Below, piece by piece: positions 38,257-48,184 of a DNA stretch of 64,000 nucleotides. The position numbers were made by a program, and so were the translations under genes. The notes under the pieces are model-generated. The model saw only the letters and a program-made list of their open reading frames with translations. It did no database searches and was not told the origin of the DNA. Within the stretch, counting starts at the first letter, position 1. Every line of letters begins with the position of its first letter. The stretch is from an archaeon (GTDB lineage: Archaea; Nanobdellota; Nanobdellia; Pacearchaeales; GW2011-AR1): the NCBI GenBank assembly GCA_043821945.1, contig JBDRCH010000002.1:141-64140 (forward strand). The letters run 5' to 3'.

Positions 38257-38699
38257 TGGATTTTATAACAATTGTATTAATAATTGTTTTTTTGATTGGA
38301 TTAATCATTGCATTCTGGATTGGACAGAAAGTTGGGGGTTTTAGAAAACATAAAGAATGGGAGGCTGAGTTGCCAAGTTATCGAAAAGATGCAATAATTA
38401 GATCAAGAGCTGTTTTAGGAGGCCAGTTCTCTGAACAATTAGCACCTTTTTTACCTGATTTTCCTTATTCTCCTACTGAATGCAGATTTATTGGAAAGCC
38501 CATTGATTTAATTTGTTTTAATGGAATGGATGAAAAAAATATTAATGAAGTTGTTTTTGTTGAAGTTAAGAGTGGGAAGTCTAAATTAAGTTCTAGTGAG
38601 AAAAAACTTAAAGAAGCTATTGAGAAAAAGAAAGTAAAATGGGAAGAATATAGAATCCCAGAAGAGCTGACAGAAGGAAGAGAATTTGTTGAGGAATGA
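38256..38699 (+). CDS. Membrane-anchored endonuclease related to archaeal Holliday junction resolvase (COG4741-like)
   Basis: N-terminal TM, then RSRAVLGGQFSEQLAPFLPDFPY...CRFIGKPIDLICFNG...VVFVEVKSGKSKLS (PD-(D/E)xK-like D...E.K). Confidence 0.5.
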   Translation: MDFITIVLIIVFLIGLIIAFWIGQKVGGFRKHKEWEAELPSYRKDAIIRSRAVLGGQFSEQLAPFLPDFPYSPTECRFIGKPIDLICFNGMDEKNINEVVFVEVKSGKSKLSSSEKKLKEAIEKKKVKWEEYRIPEELTEGREFVEE

Positions 38700-38998
38700 T
38701 TATTATTTCTAAGAATATAAATGGTTATAAAGAGGAGAGAGTTTTATGGGTTATGGGAGATGTATCAGAAAGAATTAATAGAAACAACCATTTTAATAAA
38801 GCAAGAGAGTTATTTTATTCTTCGAGTTATTTGAGGGGAAAATTTTTGCTTGGTTTAATGGATGGAGAAGGGAAGGAGGTAAAAATTATTTGTAGCAGGG
38901 GTTATCAAAATTTATTGCATGAGAAAAATGCTACCCTTGAAAGAGGGGTTATTTGTGAGAGTTTGGGTGTGGAAATAAAAGAAAATCCTTTTAATTGA
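38696..38998 (+). CDS. Hypothetical protein
   Basis: 100 aa. ATGA overlap with the upstream gene. No motifs. Confidence 0.35.
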   Translation: MIIISKNINGYKEERVLWVMGDVSERINRNNHFNKARELFYSSSYLRGKFLLGLMDGEGKEVKIICSRGYQNLLHEKNATLERGVICESLGVEIKENPFN

Positions 38999-39000
38999 AG

Positions 39001-39966
39001 ATGGCAACTAAAAAAGAAAACAAAGAACCTGAGTTAACTGATCTTCCTGGAATTGGACCCGCTGTTGCTGCGAAGCTTGAGAGTGCAGGAGTTTTTGATA
39101 TGATGAGTTTGGCTGTAATGAGTCCTGCTACTCTTAGTGATGCTGCTGGAGTAAGTAGTGCTGTTGCAAGAAAAGCAATTCAAGCAGCAAGAACAATGTT
39201 GGATTTGGGTTTTACAGATGGTGTTGAATATGCAAAAAAAAGATCGAATGTGAGTTATATTACTACTGGAAGCAAGGAATTAGATAATTTACTGGGTGGA
39301 AAAGGTGTTGAGTCTAGGGCTATCACAGAAGCATTTGGTGCTTATGGTTCTGGTAAAACTCAACTTGGTTTGACTTTGGCTGTGAATGTTCAATTGCCTG
39401 AAGACAAAGGAGGAGCAAATGGCAAATCTGTTTTTATTGATACAGAAGGAACTTTTAGACCTTCAAGGATAAACCAAATTGCAGAAAAGTTAGGAGCTAA
39501 TCCTGAAAAGGTTTTGAAAAATATTCTGGTTGCAAGAGCATTTAATTCAGATCATCAAATGCTTCTTTTAGAAAAAGTTACTGAGATGATTAAGAATGGA
39601 GAGCCAATCAAATTATTAATTATTGATTCTTTGACTGCACATTTTAGAGCAGAGTTTGCTGGTAGAGGACAATTAGCAGATAGGCAGCAAAAATTAAATC
39701 GATATATGCATGACTTGATGAAATTAGCAGAAACTTATAATTTAGCTGTTTATGTAACTAATCAAGTTATGGCAAATCCTGCTCAATTATTTGGAGATCC
39801 AACAACTGCAATTGGAGGAAATATTGTTGGTCATGCTTCAACTTATAGAATGTATTTACGAAGAGGAAAACAAGGTTCAAGAGTTGCAAAATTAATTGAT
39901 AGTCCAAATTTACCTGACAACGAAGCTGTATTTTGGGTCACAGAAGGGGGAGTTTGTGATGGTTAA
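39001..39966 (+). CDS. radA: DNA repair and recombination protein RadA
   Basis: N-terminal Hh[13 protein letters not shown], Walker [10 protein letters not shown], Walker B LLIIDSL. ATG at 39001. Confidence 0.9.
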   Translation: MATKKENKEPELTDLPGIGPAVAAKLESAGVFDMMSLAVMSPATLSDAAGVSSAVARKAIQAARTMLDLGFTDGVEYAKKRSNVSYITTGSKELDNLLGGKGVESRAITEAFGAYGSGKTQLGLTLAVNVQLPEDKGGANGKSVFIDTEGTFRPSRINQIAEKLGANPEKVLKNILVARAFNSDHQMLLLEKVTEMIKNGEPIKLLIIDSLTAHFRAEFAGRGQLADRQQKLNRYMHDLMKLAETYNLAVYVTNQVMANPAQLFGDPTTAIGGNIVGHASTYRMYLRRGKQGSRVAKLIDSPNLPDNEAVFWVTEGGVCDG

Positions 39967-39976
39967 TGAAATATAA

Positions 39977-40303
39977 ATGGGATTAATTAAATATTTGATT
40001 AAAGATAGGAATAGTTCTACTTTTGATATTGATAAACTAATGGAATTTCCTGATGAAGAATTTATGAATTTACATATTCAAAGTTGGAATGATTATTATT
40101 CTAATTATGTTAGAACAACAGGAAATAAACCTCTTTGTGATAAATGTAAAAAGGAAGTGAATCCATTCGAAGAACTGAATGAGGAACCAGAAGGTATATT
40201 TCATATTAATTGTTTTAGAGATACATACCTCGGTAAAAAAAATAATTTTTCTGAAAAAAAACAGAAATATTTTGAGAGGATTATTAGGGTTTTTGCTAAT
40301 TAG
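39977..40303 (+). CDS. Hypothetical protein with CxxC...C motif
   Basis: 108 aa. CDKCKK...HINC. Confidence 0.35.
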   Translation: MGLIKYLIKDRNSSTFDIDKLMEFPDEEFMNLHIQSWNDYYSNYVRTTGNKPLCDKCKKEVNPFEELNEEPEGIFHINCFRDTYLGKKNNFSEKKQKYFERIIRVFAN

Positions 40304-40955
40304 CTTTTTCTTCTAAAAATTTGTTAATAGCATTTATTACTTCTTGAAAAGTTTCATCTGGTGTTTGTTCTGGATTTGCACAAACAATATCGATTATATT
40401 TCCTTTGTTTTTGTAAAAATCAATTAAGGGCTCTGTGTTTTCTCTATAAACTCTTAATCTCTCTTGGATAACTTTTGGCTTGTCGTCGTCTCTTTGAATG
40501 ATTTCTCCCTCACAATCATCACAAACTCCTTCTTGTTTTGGATTCATTCCTCTTAAATTATATATCTTTCCACATTTTGAACAACAAATTCTTGAGCATA
40601 ATCTTTCAATTATAACTTCTTCTGTGACATCCATATTGATTATTAAATCCATTTCAGTTATTTCAGAAAGCTGTTCTGCTTGAGGAATTGTTCGTGGAAA
40701 TCCGTCGAGAATAAAACCCTTTTTACAATCTTCTTGTTCAATTCTTTGTTTAAGCATTTCAATGACAATTTCATCTGGGACAAGTAAACCTTTGTCCATA
40801 AATTCTTTTGCTTTTTGACCTATTTCTGTTGCTTGTTCTATGTTTTGTCTAAATAATTCCCCTGTTGAAATATGCGGAATTCCAAATTTAGGTGCAACTC
40901 TTGAGGCTGCTGTCCCTTTTCCAGAACCTGGTGGACCTAAAAATATTTTTTTCAT
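40296..40955 (-). CDS. adk: Adenylate kinase (long, zinc-lid type)
   Basis: GPPGSGKGT P-loop, ISTGELFR, LDGFPRT, and lid Cys4 CSKCGK...CDDCEG. Confidence 0.85.
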   Translation of the reverse strand: MKKIFLGPPGSGKGTAASRVAPKFGIPHISTGELFRQNIEQATEIGQKAKEFMDKGLLVPDEIVIEMLKQRIEQEDCKKGFILDGFPRTIPQAEQLSEITEMDLIINMDVTEEVIIERLCSRICCSKCGKIYNLRGMNPKQEGVCDDCEGEIIQRDDDKPKVIQERLRVYRENTEPLIDFYKNKGNIIDIVCANPEQTPDETFQEVINAINKFLEEKAN

Positions 40956-41141
40956 TATTCTTGTTGAAAATTTTCCTTTATAAAATTTGTTATAGAATTT
41001 TTTTAAATTTATTTTTATAATCTTTTATCTTTGTAAAATATTTAAGCTCCTCGACGGAAAATTAAAATTTTTTGAAAAATTATTAGAGAAAAAGATTTAT
41101 AAACCCTTTTTTCTATAATATAATTATTAAAAAGGGGAAAG

Positions 41142-42953
41142 ATGGTTAACAAAAAAATTTGTTTGTTTATTCTTTGTGGAATGTTTTTGGTTATTTGTAG
41201 TTATGGAATTCCTGCAGCAACAAGTAGTGTTAATATAACTACTCCTACTAATTATTCAAATTATTCATATTGGATACATGATTTCAATATAACTTTTGCT
41301 GCAGGAGATTTGAATCCTACTGCTGTCAATGCAACTATTTATTATAATGCTTCTGGAGGATGGACTGCAATAGGAACTCTCACTACTTGTTCAAATAGTT
41401 CTACTGTGGGAAATTGTACAGGAAATCTTTCAATTGCTTCTATTCCTGAAGGAAAATATGCAATTAATGCAACAATAGTTAATGCATCTAACTCTGCAAT
41501 CTATGCAAATTATACTAATTATATGATCACTATTGATCGTTCTGCACCAACAACTATTACTTATTATAATACCACTACTGAAATTTATAAAAATAGTATG
41601 ACTTTGAATATAACTGCTACTGATTTGCTTTCAATTATTGATTCAGTTTATTTTAATGTAACAAACTCAAGTGGGACACAAGAACTTTTTAATAAAGGAG
41701 TTAGATCAGGCAGTACTTATAGTTATTATTTAAATATTCAGAATCTTACTAATGGAAATTACACTGTAACTCCTTATGTTAATGATACTGTAAACAATAC
41801 AAATAGTTCTTCATCTATAGTGGTTCAAATAGATAATAGTAGTGTTCCTTATATAGGGGAGTTTGTCAATACAGTTGATTATGGAAATTATACTACGGGG
41901 ATTATTACTTTAAATGTAAGTGTAGCTGATGCAGCAGTTAGTTCTGTTTATTTCAATGTTTCTCATTTCCATAATGGAACTCAAATGAATTGGACAAAAG
42001 GCGGAGTTAGTTCTACTGGAAGTCGTTATTATAATATGAGTTTAGATATTACAAATTATCCTGATGGATTGTATAATGTTACAATTTATGCAAATGATAC
42101 AACAGCAAGTGCAAACAATTCAGAGAGTATTAGATTTAGAGTTGATCAAACAGGTCCAAGTGTTGGAGTAGCAAGGTCTGCTTATACAAGAACATCACTC
42201 ACACTTGCGGTTAGTGTTGTTGACGCAAGTAATATCACTCAAGTATGTACTTCAAGTAGAAGTGGTGCAACTATAACAATAAGTGATGGTGGGAGTCAAG
42301 TTCTAACAGAAACTGGTTTAAGTTGTAGTACTAGTTATAGTTATATTGTTTCTTGTACTGATTCATTAGGCAATACAGGTTCTTCAACAACTGTTTCTTA
42401 TTCAACAGATGCTTGTGCTGGAGGAAGTAGTTCTGGTGGTGGAGGTGGAGGAAGTACAACTTCAACTTGGTCACACACATATTCAGTTAGTGATTCTGAC
42501 TTTGGGAATGGATATACTAAGCAACTTGCTAGCAAAGAAAGAATGACTATTAAACTTGGAACTCAGATACACACTATTGGTGTTAAGAGTTTGACAGAAA
42601 CTGCAGCTACTATTGAAATTTCAAGTAATCCTGTAATGATTACCTTGGATGTTGGAGGAGAAGCTAAAGTAGATTTAGATGAAGATGGTTATTATGATTT
42701 AAAAGTAAATCTTCTTGGGATTACAAACAATAAAGCAGATGTTAAAATATTAAAGATCTATCAAGAAGTTCCAGAAGGAGGAGAAGCTGTTTCAACTACC
42801 GGAGAAGTTACACCTATTACTCCTACTGAGTCTGAAGAAAATGGAGAGTCTGAAGAAAATGTAGAGAAAGGCACTTTAAGATGGTGGTTTATTATTATCG
42901 GTGCAATAGTTGTTATAGCAATTGTGGTAGCAGTTGTTAAGAAAAAAAAATAA
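41142..42953 (+). CDS. Cell-surface glycoprotein candidate (S-layer/adhesin-like), C-terminally anchored
   Basis: 603 aa. N-terminal signal/TM, very dense N-x-S/T sequons, repeated YFNV(T/S) modules, poly-Gly linker, acidic stalk, C-terminal TM WWFIIIGAIVVIAIVVAVV plus KKKK. Confidence 0.6.
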   Translation: MVNKKICLFILCGMFLVICSYGIPAATSSVNITTPTNYSNYSYWIHDFNITFAAGDLNPTAVNATIYYNASGGWTAIGTLTTCSNSSTVGNCTGNLSIASIPEGKYAINATIVNASNSAIYANYTNYMITIDRSAPTTITYYNTTTEIYKNSMTLNITATDLLSIIDSVYFNVTNSSGTQELFNKGVRSGSTYSYYLNIQNLTNGNYTVTPYVNDTVNNTNSSSSIVVQIDNSSVPYIGEFVNTVDYGNYTTGIITLNVSVADAAVSSVYFNVSHFHNGTQMNWTKGGVSSTGSRYYNMSLDITNYPDGLYNVTIYANDTTASANNSESIRFRVDQTGPSVGVARSAYTRTSLTLAVSVVDASNITQVCTSSRSGATITISDGGSQVLTETGLSCSTSYSYIVSCTDSLGNTGSSTTVSYSTDACAGGSSSGGGGGGSTTSTWSHTYSVSDSDFGNGYTKQLASKERMTIKLGTQIHTIGVKSLTETAATIEISSNPVMITLDVGGEAKVDLDEDGYYDLKVNLLGITNNKADVKILKIYQEVPEGGEAVSTTGEVTPITPTESEENGESEENVEKGTLRWWFIIIGAIVVIAIVVAVVKKKK

Positions 42954-43029
42954 TTTTTTATAAAATTTTATTTATATCAAAAGATTTATTAAGAAAATAA
43001 TTCTGAAATTACTGAGAACAAAAAATAAA

Positions 43030-43707
43030 ATGTATAAAAAATATATTGAATCAAGATTCAGGCAAATTAAATGGTTTAGAGTTATTAATAAGATATTTTC
43101 ATATACTGAGCAAGAGAGAGTATTAAAAACTTGTGTTGAGTTTGTTCAGATGAATAAGATTGATGGAGATTATTTGGAATTTGGTGTTTTTGAAGGAAAA
43201 AATTTTGCAAGAGTTTATAATTTTTTCAAGAATATTGGAGGAACAAAAGATAGGATGTTTTATGCGTTTGATAGTTTTGAAGGATTGCCTGAAATTAAAG
43301 GATTGGATAATTGTTCAAAACAATTTACAGAAAGTCAATATTCTTGTGGAGTTAATAAATTTAAATATTTAATATCCAAAAAAGGAATTGATCTAAATCA
43401 TGTGAAGATCATTGAAGGATGGTTTGATAAAACTTTAAATAAAAAATTAAAAGACGATTTAAAGATAAAAAAATCTTCTATAATATTTATTGATTGTGAT
43501 TTATATGAATCAACAATTCCTGTTTTGAATTTTATAACTGATTATATTCAAGATGGAACAATTATTATTTTTGATGATTATTTTTGTTTTAACGGAAATC
43601 CTAACAAAGGAGAAAGAAAAGCGTTTGATGATTGGCTTAAAAAAATCCCTCCTTTCAAGCAACTCCTTTTCAACAATATAAATGGCATGGTAAGTGCTTT
43701 ATTTTGA
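43030..43707 (+). CDS. TylF/macrocin-O-methyltransferase-like SAM-dependent methyltransferase
   Basis: DGDYLEFGVFEGKNF (SAM site) and IDCDLYEST...IIIFDDY are typical of the TylF family. Confidence 0.5.
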   Translation: MYKKYIESRFRQIKWFRVINKIFSYTEQERVLKTCVEFVQMNKIDGDYLEFGVFEGKNFARVYNFFKNIGGTKDRMFYAFDSFEGLPEIKGLDNCSKQFTESQYSCGVNKFKYLISKKGIDLNHVKIIEGWFDKTLNKKLKDDLKIKKSSIIFIDCDLYESTIPVLNFITDYIQDGTIIIFDDYFCFNGNPNKGERKAFDDWLKKIPPFKQLLFNNINGMVSALF

Positions 43708-43767
43708 ATAAGGTTATTAAGAAAAAGAAATAATAAACTATTTAACTTCTTTTAATCTTTATTTTGA

Positions 43768-45015
43768 ATGGACCAACAAATTGATTTTAATAATGTTCTA
43801 ATTGCAGATTTGCATATTCATTCTAGATTTTCTCGAGCATGTAGCACTTCAATAACAATACCTAATTTAGTTAAATGGGCAAGAATTAAAGGAATTGGTC
43901 TTCTTGGAACAGGTGATTTTACTCACCCTATTTGGTTTGAGGAAATAAAAAAAGAATTGATGAGTAATTCTAAAGAGTTTTATTATTATAATGATAATGA
44001 AGGAAGATTCCCTTTTATAATCAGTGGAGAAATTTCTTTAATTTATACTCAAGAAAAAGGGAGGAGGGTGCATTTAGTATTATTAGTTCCTTCAATAGAT
44101 GTTGCTGAGAAAATTAATTCTTATTTAGACACAAAAGGTCGCAGAGATTATGATGGTCGTCCTATTTTTAAGATTAGCTGTGAAGATTTTGCAAGAGATA
44201 TGATGCAGATTTCTCAATATATTGAAATAATCCCTGCACATATCTGGACTCCTTGGTTTGGAATTTTTGGAAGCAATTCAGGATTTGATAGTTTAAGAGA
44301 AGCATTTGGAAATCAATTTGATAATATTCACGCAATTGAAACTGGTATGAGTTCAGATCCTGAAATGAACTGGAGGATAAAAGAATTAGAGAATAAATCT
44401 ATTGTAAGTTTTAGTGATGCACATAGTTTTTGGCCATTTAGATTGGGAAGAGAAGCAACTATTTTTAGAAAATGCGATTCTTATAATGAATTGGTCAGGC
44501 AGATTAGAGAGAATGATTTTATTGGAACTATTGAAGTAGATCCTGCTTATGGAAAATATCATGTTGATGGACATAGGAGTTGCAAGTATTCTTGTTTGCC
44601 TGAAAAAACTAGAGAATTAAATGGAATTTGTCCTATTTGTAAAGGAAAATTAGTTATTGGTGTTGAACACAGGGTTGAAAATTTGGCAAAAGAGGAGAGT
44701 GAACATAAAAATAAAAAACTTTTTTACAAAATTTTGCCTTTGCAGGAAGTGATTTCTCTTTATTTTGGAAATGGAATGAATAGTAAGAAAGTTTGGGAGA
44801 TTTATAATTTATTAATTAAAGAATTTGAGAATGAATTTAATATTCTATTTAATGTTAGTGAGAGAGAATTAAAAAGAACTATTGAAAAAAGATTAATTGA
44901 ATTGATTTTAAGGAATCGTGAAGGAAAAATAAAAGTTAAGCCTGGTTATGATGGAGAATATGGTGTTGCTCAATTAGATATTGGAGAAAAGCAGAAGAAA
45001 TTGTTTAGATTATAA
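43768..45015 (+). CDS. PHP-domain protein with zinc ribbon, endonuclease Q-like (COG1379)
   Basis: 415 aa. ADLHIHSRFSRA PHP start, DAHS, and CKYSC...CPICKGKL zinc ribbon. Architecture matches EndoQ. Confidence 0.55.
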   Translation: MDQQIDFNNVLIADLHIHSRFSRACSTSITIPNLVKWARIKGIGLLGTGDFTHPIWFEEIKKELMSNSKEFYYYNDNEGRFPFIISGEISLIYTQEKGRRVHLVLLVPSIDVAEKINSYLDTKGRRDYDGRPIFKISCEDFARDMMQISQYIEIIPAHIWTPWFGIFGSNSGFDSLREAFGNQFDNIHAIETGMSSDPEMNWRIKELENKSIVSFSDAHSFWPFRLGREATIFRKCDSYNELVRQIRENDFIGTIEVDPAYGKYHVDGHRSCKYSCLPEKTRELNGICPICKGKLVIGVEHRVENLAKEESEHKNKKLFYKILPLQEVISLYFGNGMNSKKVWEIYNLLIKEFENEFNILFNVSERELKRTIEKRLIELILRNREGKIKVKPGYDGEYGVAQLDIGEKQKKLFRL

Positions 45016-45133
45016 TAAATTATTTTTTGTCTTAAAAAATTTATAATGGGCATTACTTGTTGGCTTTTTGCATGTTGGGCAATTGTTTTTTAGAGTGTAC
45101 TTTTTACAAGATAAACATTTTTTAAGAAGCATT

Positions 45134-45556
45134 TTAATTAAATGATTTTGAATCAAGATTTAGGAAATATTCTTTTAATCTTGTATTCATATTTTCTGTG
45201 AAGTATTTATTTGCTTCAGTTGGATTTATCCATTTTAATTCTGTTAAACCATTTTGAGGTTTTTCTTCTCCTGCAAAAATTTCACATAAGAAATAAACTA
45301 TAAATGTGTGGGGTTCTTCTTTTGGAATCCTAGCAAATATTGATCCTAGGTTTTTTACTTTATATCCTGTTTGTTCTTTAATTTTTTCTTTTAGTTTTTT
45401 ATCTAAATCATCTTTTTGCTTTAATCTTGCTCCTGGAAAACACCATCCTCCTGAAGATGATGGATCTAAATTTCCTTTTCCAATCAGTATTTTTTTATCT
45501 CTTGGATTGTAAATCATTCCTACTAAAACTACTTTGAAATTATCATACTCTTCCAT
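45134..45556 (-). CDS. NUDIX hydrolase family protein
   Basis: 140 aa. WCFPGARLKQKDDLDKKLKEKIKEQTGY is a divergent Nudix box. Confidence 0.5.
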   Translation of the reverse strand: MEEYDNFKVVLVGMIYNPRDKKILIGKGNLDPSSSGGWCFPGARLKQKDDLDKKLKEKIKEQTGYKVKNLGSIFARIPKEEPHTFIVYFLCEIFAGEEKPQNGLTELKWINPTEANKYFTENMNTRLKEYFLNLDSKSFN

Positions 45557-45621
45557 AAATCTAATGGTTTTAGATGGTATTTAAAGATTATGCTTTTTTG
45601 TAATCTTTGAATAGTGAGTAA

Positions 45622-46332
45622 TTATTTTTCTTTAACACTAAATTCTACGCCTAACTTTTTTGACTTATCTGCAATGCTTTTTAGAATTTCTTTTAATTGA
45701 TTATCAGCTTTTTTAATGTCTTCTGCTTGATTCTTTATAGAATATTTTCCTGCTGAAATGTATTTTATTTCTACTTCTTTAATATTCCCTAATATTTCTT
45801 TGATCAAACTTAATCCATTGGATTTTGTTGTAGTCAGTTTTATCTCTCTTTTTAGAATAGCTTTTTTTTGCTTTTGATTTTTTAATATATCTAATATTTT
45901 TTTTGCATCTTCTTTTCCAAGGAGATTTTCTATCTCTTTTGAATTCTCCTTTGCTTTTTGAAGAAAATTATAAAGTGTGTTTTGTTTTAATATACCTTGG
46001 ATTATTTCTTCTGCTTTTTTCCCTAAAATACTATTTAATACACTTTCAGAACTCTTCTCTTGTTTGTATTGTTCTTTTATTTCTTTTTCTTCTTTTTGCG
46101 TTACTCTTCTTAATGAGAGATTTATTTTTTCATCGGAAATTCTTAGAACTTTACAAACTATTTTTTTCTTAGGAACAACATAATCTCTTAGATTTCTTAT
46201 TCTTCCAGGAGCTATTTCACTTAGGATTATATTTCCTTCACCATTTCCATCTATTTTTACAAATACAACTGTTCCAACTATTCGATCAACAGTGCACATT
46301 ACAACATCCCCAACTTCTAATTGTTCTGTCAT
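45622..46332 (-). CDS. Translation initiation factor 2 alpha subunit (aIF-2alpha), short
   Basis: N-terminal S1 domain GDVVMCTVDRIVGTVVFV...ILSEIAPGRIRNLRDYV...KVLRISDEKINLSLRRV, then a helical region. Confidence 0.6.
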   Translation of the reverse strand: MTEQLEVGDVVMCTVDRIVGTVVFVKIDGNGEGNIILSEIAPGRIRNLRDYVVPKKKIVCKVLRISDEKINLSLRRVTQKEEKEIKEQYKQEKSSESVLNSILGKKAEEIIQGILKQNTLYNFLQKAKENSKEIENLLGKEDAKKILDILKNQKQKKAILKREIKLTTTKSNGLSLIKEILGNIKEVEIKYISAGKYSIKNQAEDIKKADNQLKEILKSIADKSKKLGVEFSVKEK

Positions 46333-46372
46333 GATATATTTAGAAATAAGTCTATTTTAAAGGTTGTGATAT

Positions 46373-47704
46373 TTAAATTCTAACAATTTCAACTTCTAGA
46401 TTTCTCTTTAATTTGTTTATGAATTCTTGTTCTTTTTCTTGAGGGATTATACAACCCGCAGCGTTTTTATGCCCTCCTATCTCTCCCCCGATTATTTCAA
46501 TTACACTATTTAAGATTTCTCTAACATTTTTACCATTTCTTCCGACATTTCTTGCAGATACTTTTATCTTATCATCATAGTATGCCATTGTTGTTATAAT
46601 CGTTCCTTCCTCATATAATGAAGAATTTGAGAGAATACTTGCTACTGTTCCAATCATTGTCTCTCTGATGTTATTTTTTGCATTAATTATCACAAATCCT
46701 TTTCCATTTATTTTTTCTGTTTCATTTGCGAATTTCAATCCTGAAACTAAAAGCTGTTTGTATTTTGCGTGTATTAATTCTGCTTTTTTTCTTGCTTCTG
46801 GTATTTCCATACAAAGTTTTAATGCTAAGCTGGTTTCTCCGAATCTTGAGCAGGCATTTATCTTTGCACTTAATTCTCTTGCATCTTCTAATTTATTAAA
46901 AAGTTTTATTAGAAAGATATCTCCTATCATCTCGTTGTGTTTTGCTTTGGGGTTTCTTAGAGTCACGGCAGTAATTAATCTTTCCATTTCTTCTTGGGTT
47001 AATTCTATTAAACTTTTGTATCCTGTTTTTGAAGGTTTTAATTCTGCTTCTCTTAGTAATTCCAATACTCCTTTTGTGTCTCCAGTAATTCCTGGAATAA
47101 AAGGACTTGAACAAAATTCAAGAGTTCTATTTAAAGGTCTTGTCGATGGATAAATAAGAAGACCCCTTCTTTTTTGAACTTCTCCATCATTTAATATACC
47201 GTTATTTAATGTATCTATTTCTTTTTCTAATTGATCCCCTATCATCCCTAATATTGCCAACTTTGCAAATTTTTTGCTGTTAGGATTAATTTCCTTGCAA
47301 AAGAGATAGGTTAATCCAGAAGCACTAATTCTTTGCCCATTATTTACTTTGGGATTGATAATATTAATTCCTTTTGGAATTTCTTGATGTATTTCATGGT
47401 GGTCTATTATGAAAATATTCTTTAATCTCGCTTCTTTAATATGATCTAGACTGCTTGAAGCCAAATCTAAAAAGAGAATTTTTTTATTTTTTGGTAATGA
47501 GTAAATAAATTCTTGTTCAAGACTTTTGATAATCTTTACCGAAAATTTTTTATCCAATTCTTTTAATGTTTTTATCATTATTGCTGCAGAGGTAATTCCA
47601 TCGGTATCAAAGTGACTTATAATTTCAATTTCATCATTATCTTCAAGAAATTTCTTGCTAATGATTTTTATTTCTGTTTTTAATAAATTTACCTCTCTTT
47701 GCAT
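46373..47704 (-). CDS. RecJ/GAN-like DHH-family phosphoesterase
   Basis: 443 aa. HFDTDGITS, DHH motif IIDHHE, and DHHA1 GGHKNAAG. Confidence 0.65.
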   Translation of the reverse strand: MQREVNLLKTEIKIISKKFLEDNDEIEIISHFDTDGITSAAIMIKTLKELDKKFSVKIIKSLEQEFIYSLPKNKKILFLDLASSSLDHIKEARLKNIFIIDHHEIHQEIPKGINIINPKVNNGQRISASGLTYLFCKEINPNSKKFAKLAILGMIGDQLEKEIDTLNNGILNDGEVQKRRGLLIYPSTRPLNRTLEFCSSPFIPGITGDTKGVLELLREAELKPSKTGYKSLIELTQEEMERLITAVTLRNPKAKHNEMIGDIFLIKLFNKLEDARELSAKINACSRFGETSLALKLCMEIPEARKKAELIHAKYKQLLVSGLKFANETEKINGKGFVIINAKNNIRETMIGTVASILSNSSLYEEGTIITTMAYYDDKIKVSARNVGRNGKNVREILNSVIEIIGGEIGGHKNAAGCIIPQEKEQEFINKLKRNLEVEIVRI

Positions 47705-47731
47705 TTTAAAATTTATTCAAAATCAATTAAT

Positions 47732-48106
47732 TTATTGAACATTAAAATATTTTTTCAGTTTCCTAAATTGTGCAAATACCCTATCTTTTTCTCTCATTGC
47801 TCTTTTATCTTGCTTGTTTTTTTCATAATGTTCTTTGATTCTCTCTAATTTTTTTTCAACATTTTTTAAATCAGGGTTTATATATTTTTTATTGTCTTTT
47901 AAAATTTTAGAAATTTTCTTTTTATAGTTTTTTGAATGGACATTTTGTTTTTTTAATTCTTCACCGATTTTTTCACTTGTTAACTCTTTTTCAGCTAGTT
48001 CTAAAACTTTTTTTTCAAATTCTAATTGGGAAATCTTCTTTGGTTTTTTTATATTCCCCCCTTCATCTTGTTTTTCTTCTAATTCTATTCCTGTTTTTTT
48101 TGCCAT
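47732..48106 (-). CDS. Ribosomal protein uS15 (S15P/S13e), divergent
   Basis: C-terminus LERIKEHYEKNKQDKRAMREKDRVFAQFRKLKKYF fits the S15 pattern L..ri..L..H...N.kD......L......rL..Y. The middle region resembles the archaeal S15 N-domain. Confidence 0.5.
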   Translation of the reverse strand: MAKKTGIELEEKQDEGGNIKKPKKISQLEFEKKVLELAEKELTSEKIGEELKKQNVHSKNYKKKISKILKDNKKYINPDLKNVEKKLERIKEHYEKNKQDKRAMREKDRVFAQFRKLKKYFNVQ

Positions 48107-48184
48107 TTAATAAGTTGTAATTTTTGATTTTTAAAGTTTTGCTATATCTGAAAGATATTTAAATAATAATAAACTAAATAGGGT

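Noticed and set aside
40296-40955. Adenylate kinase of the long zinc-lid type as evidence of horizontal transfer
   Set aside because: The gene is clearly adk, but I cannot judge its phylogenetic origin without a tree. Its composition matches the rest of the window.
45016-45133. Short intergenic region containing the tiny ORF MGITCWLFACWAIVF
   Set aside because: It is too short, has no supporting signals, and is probably just a convergent terminator region.
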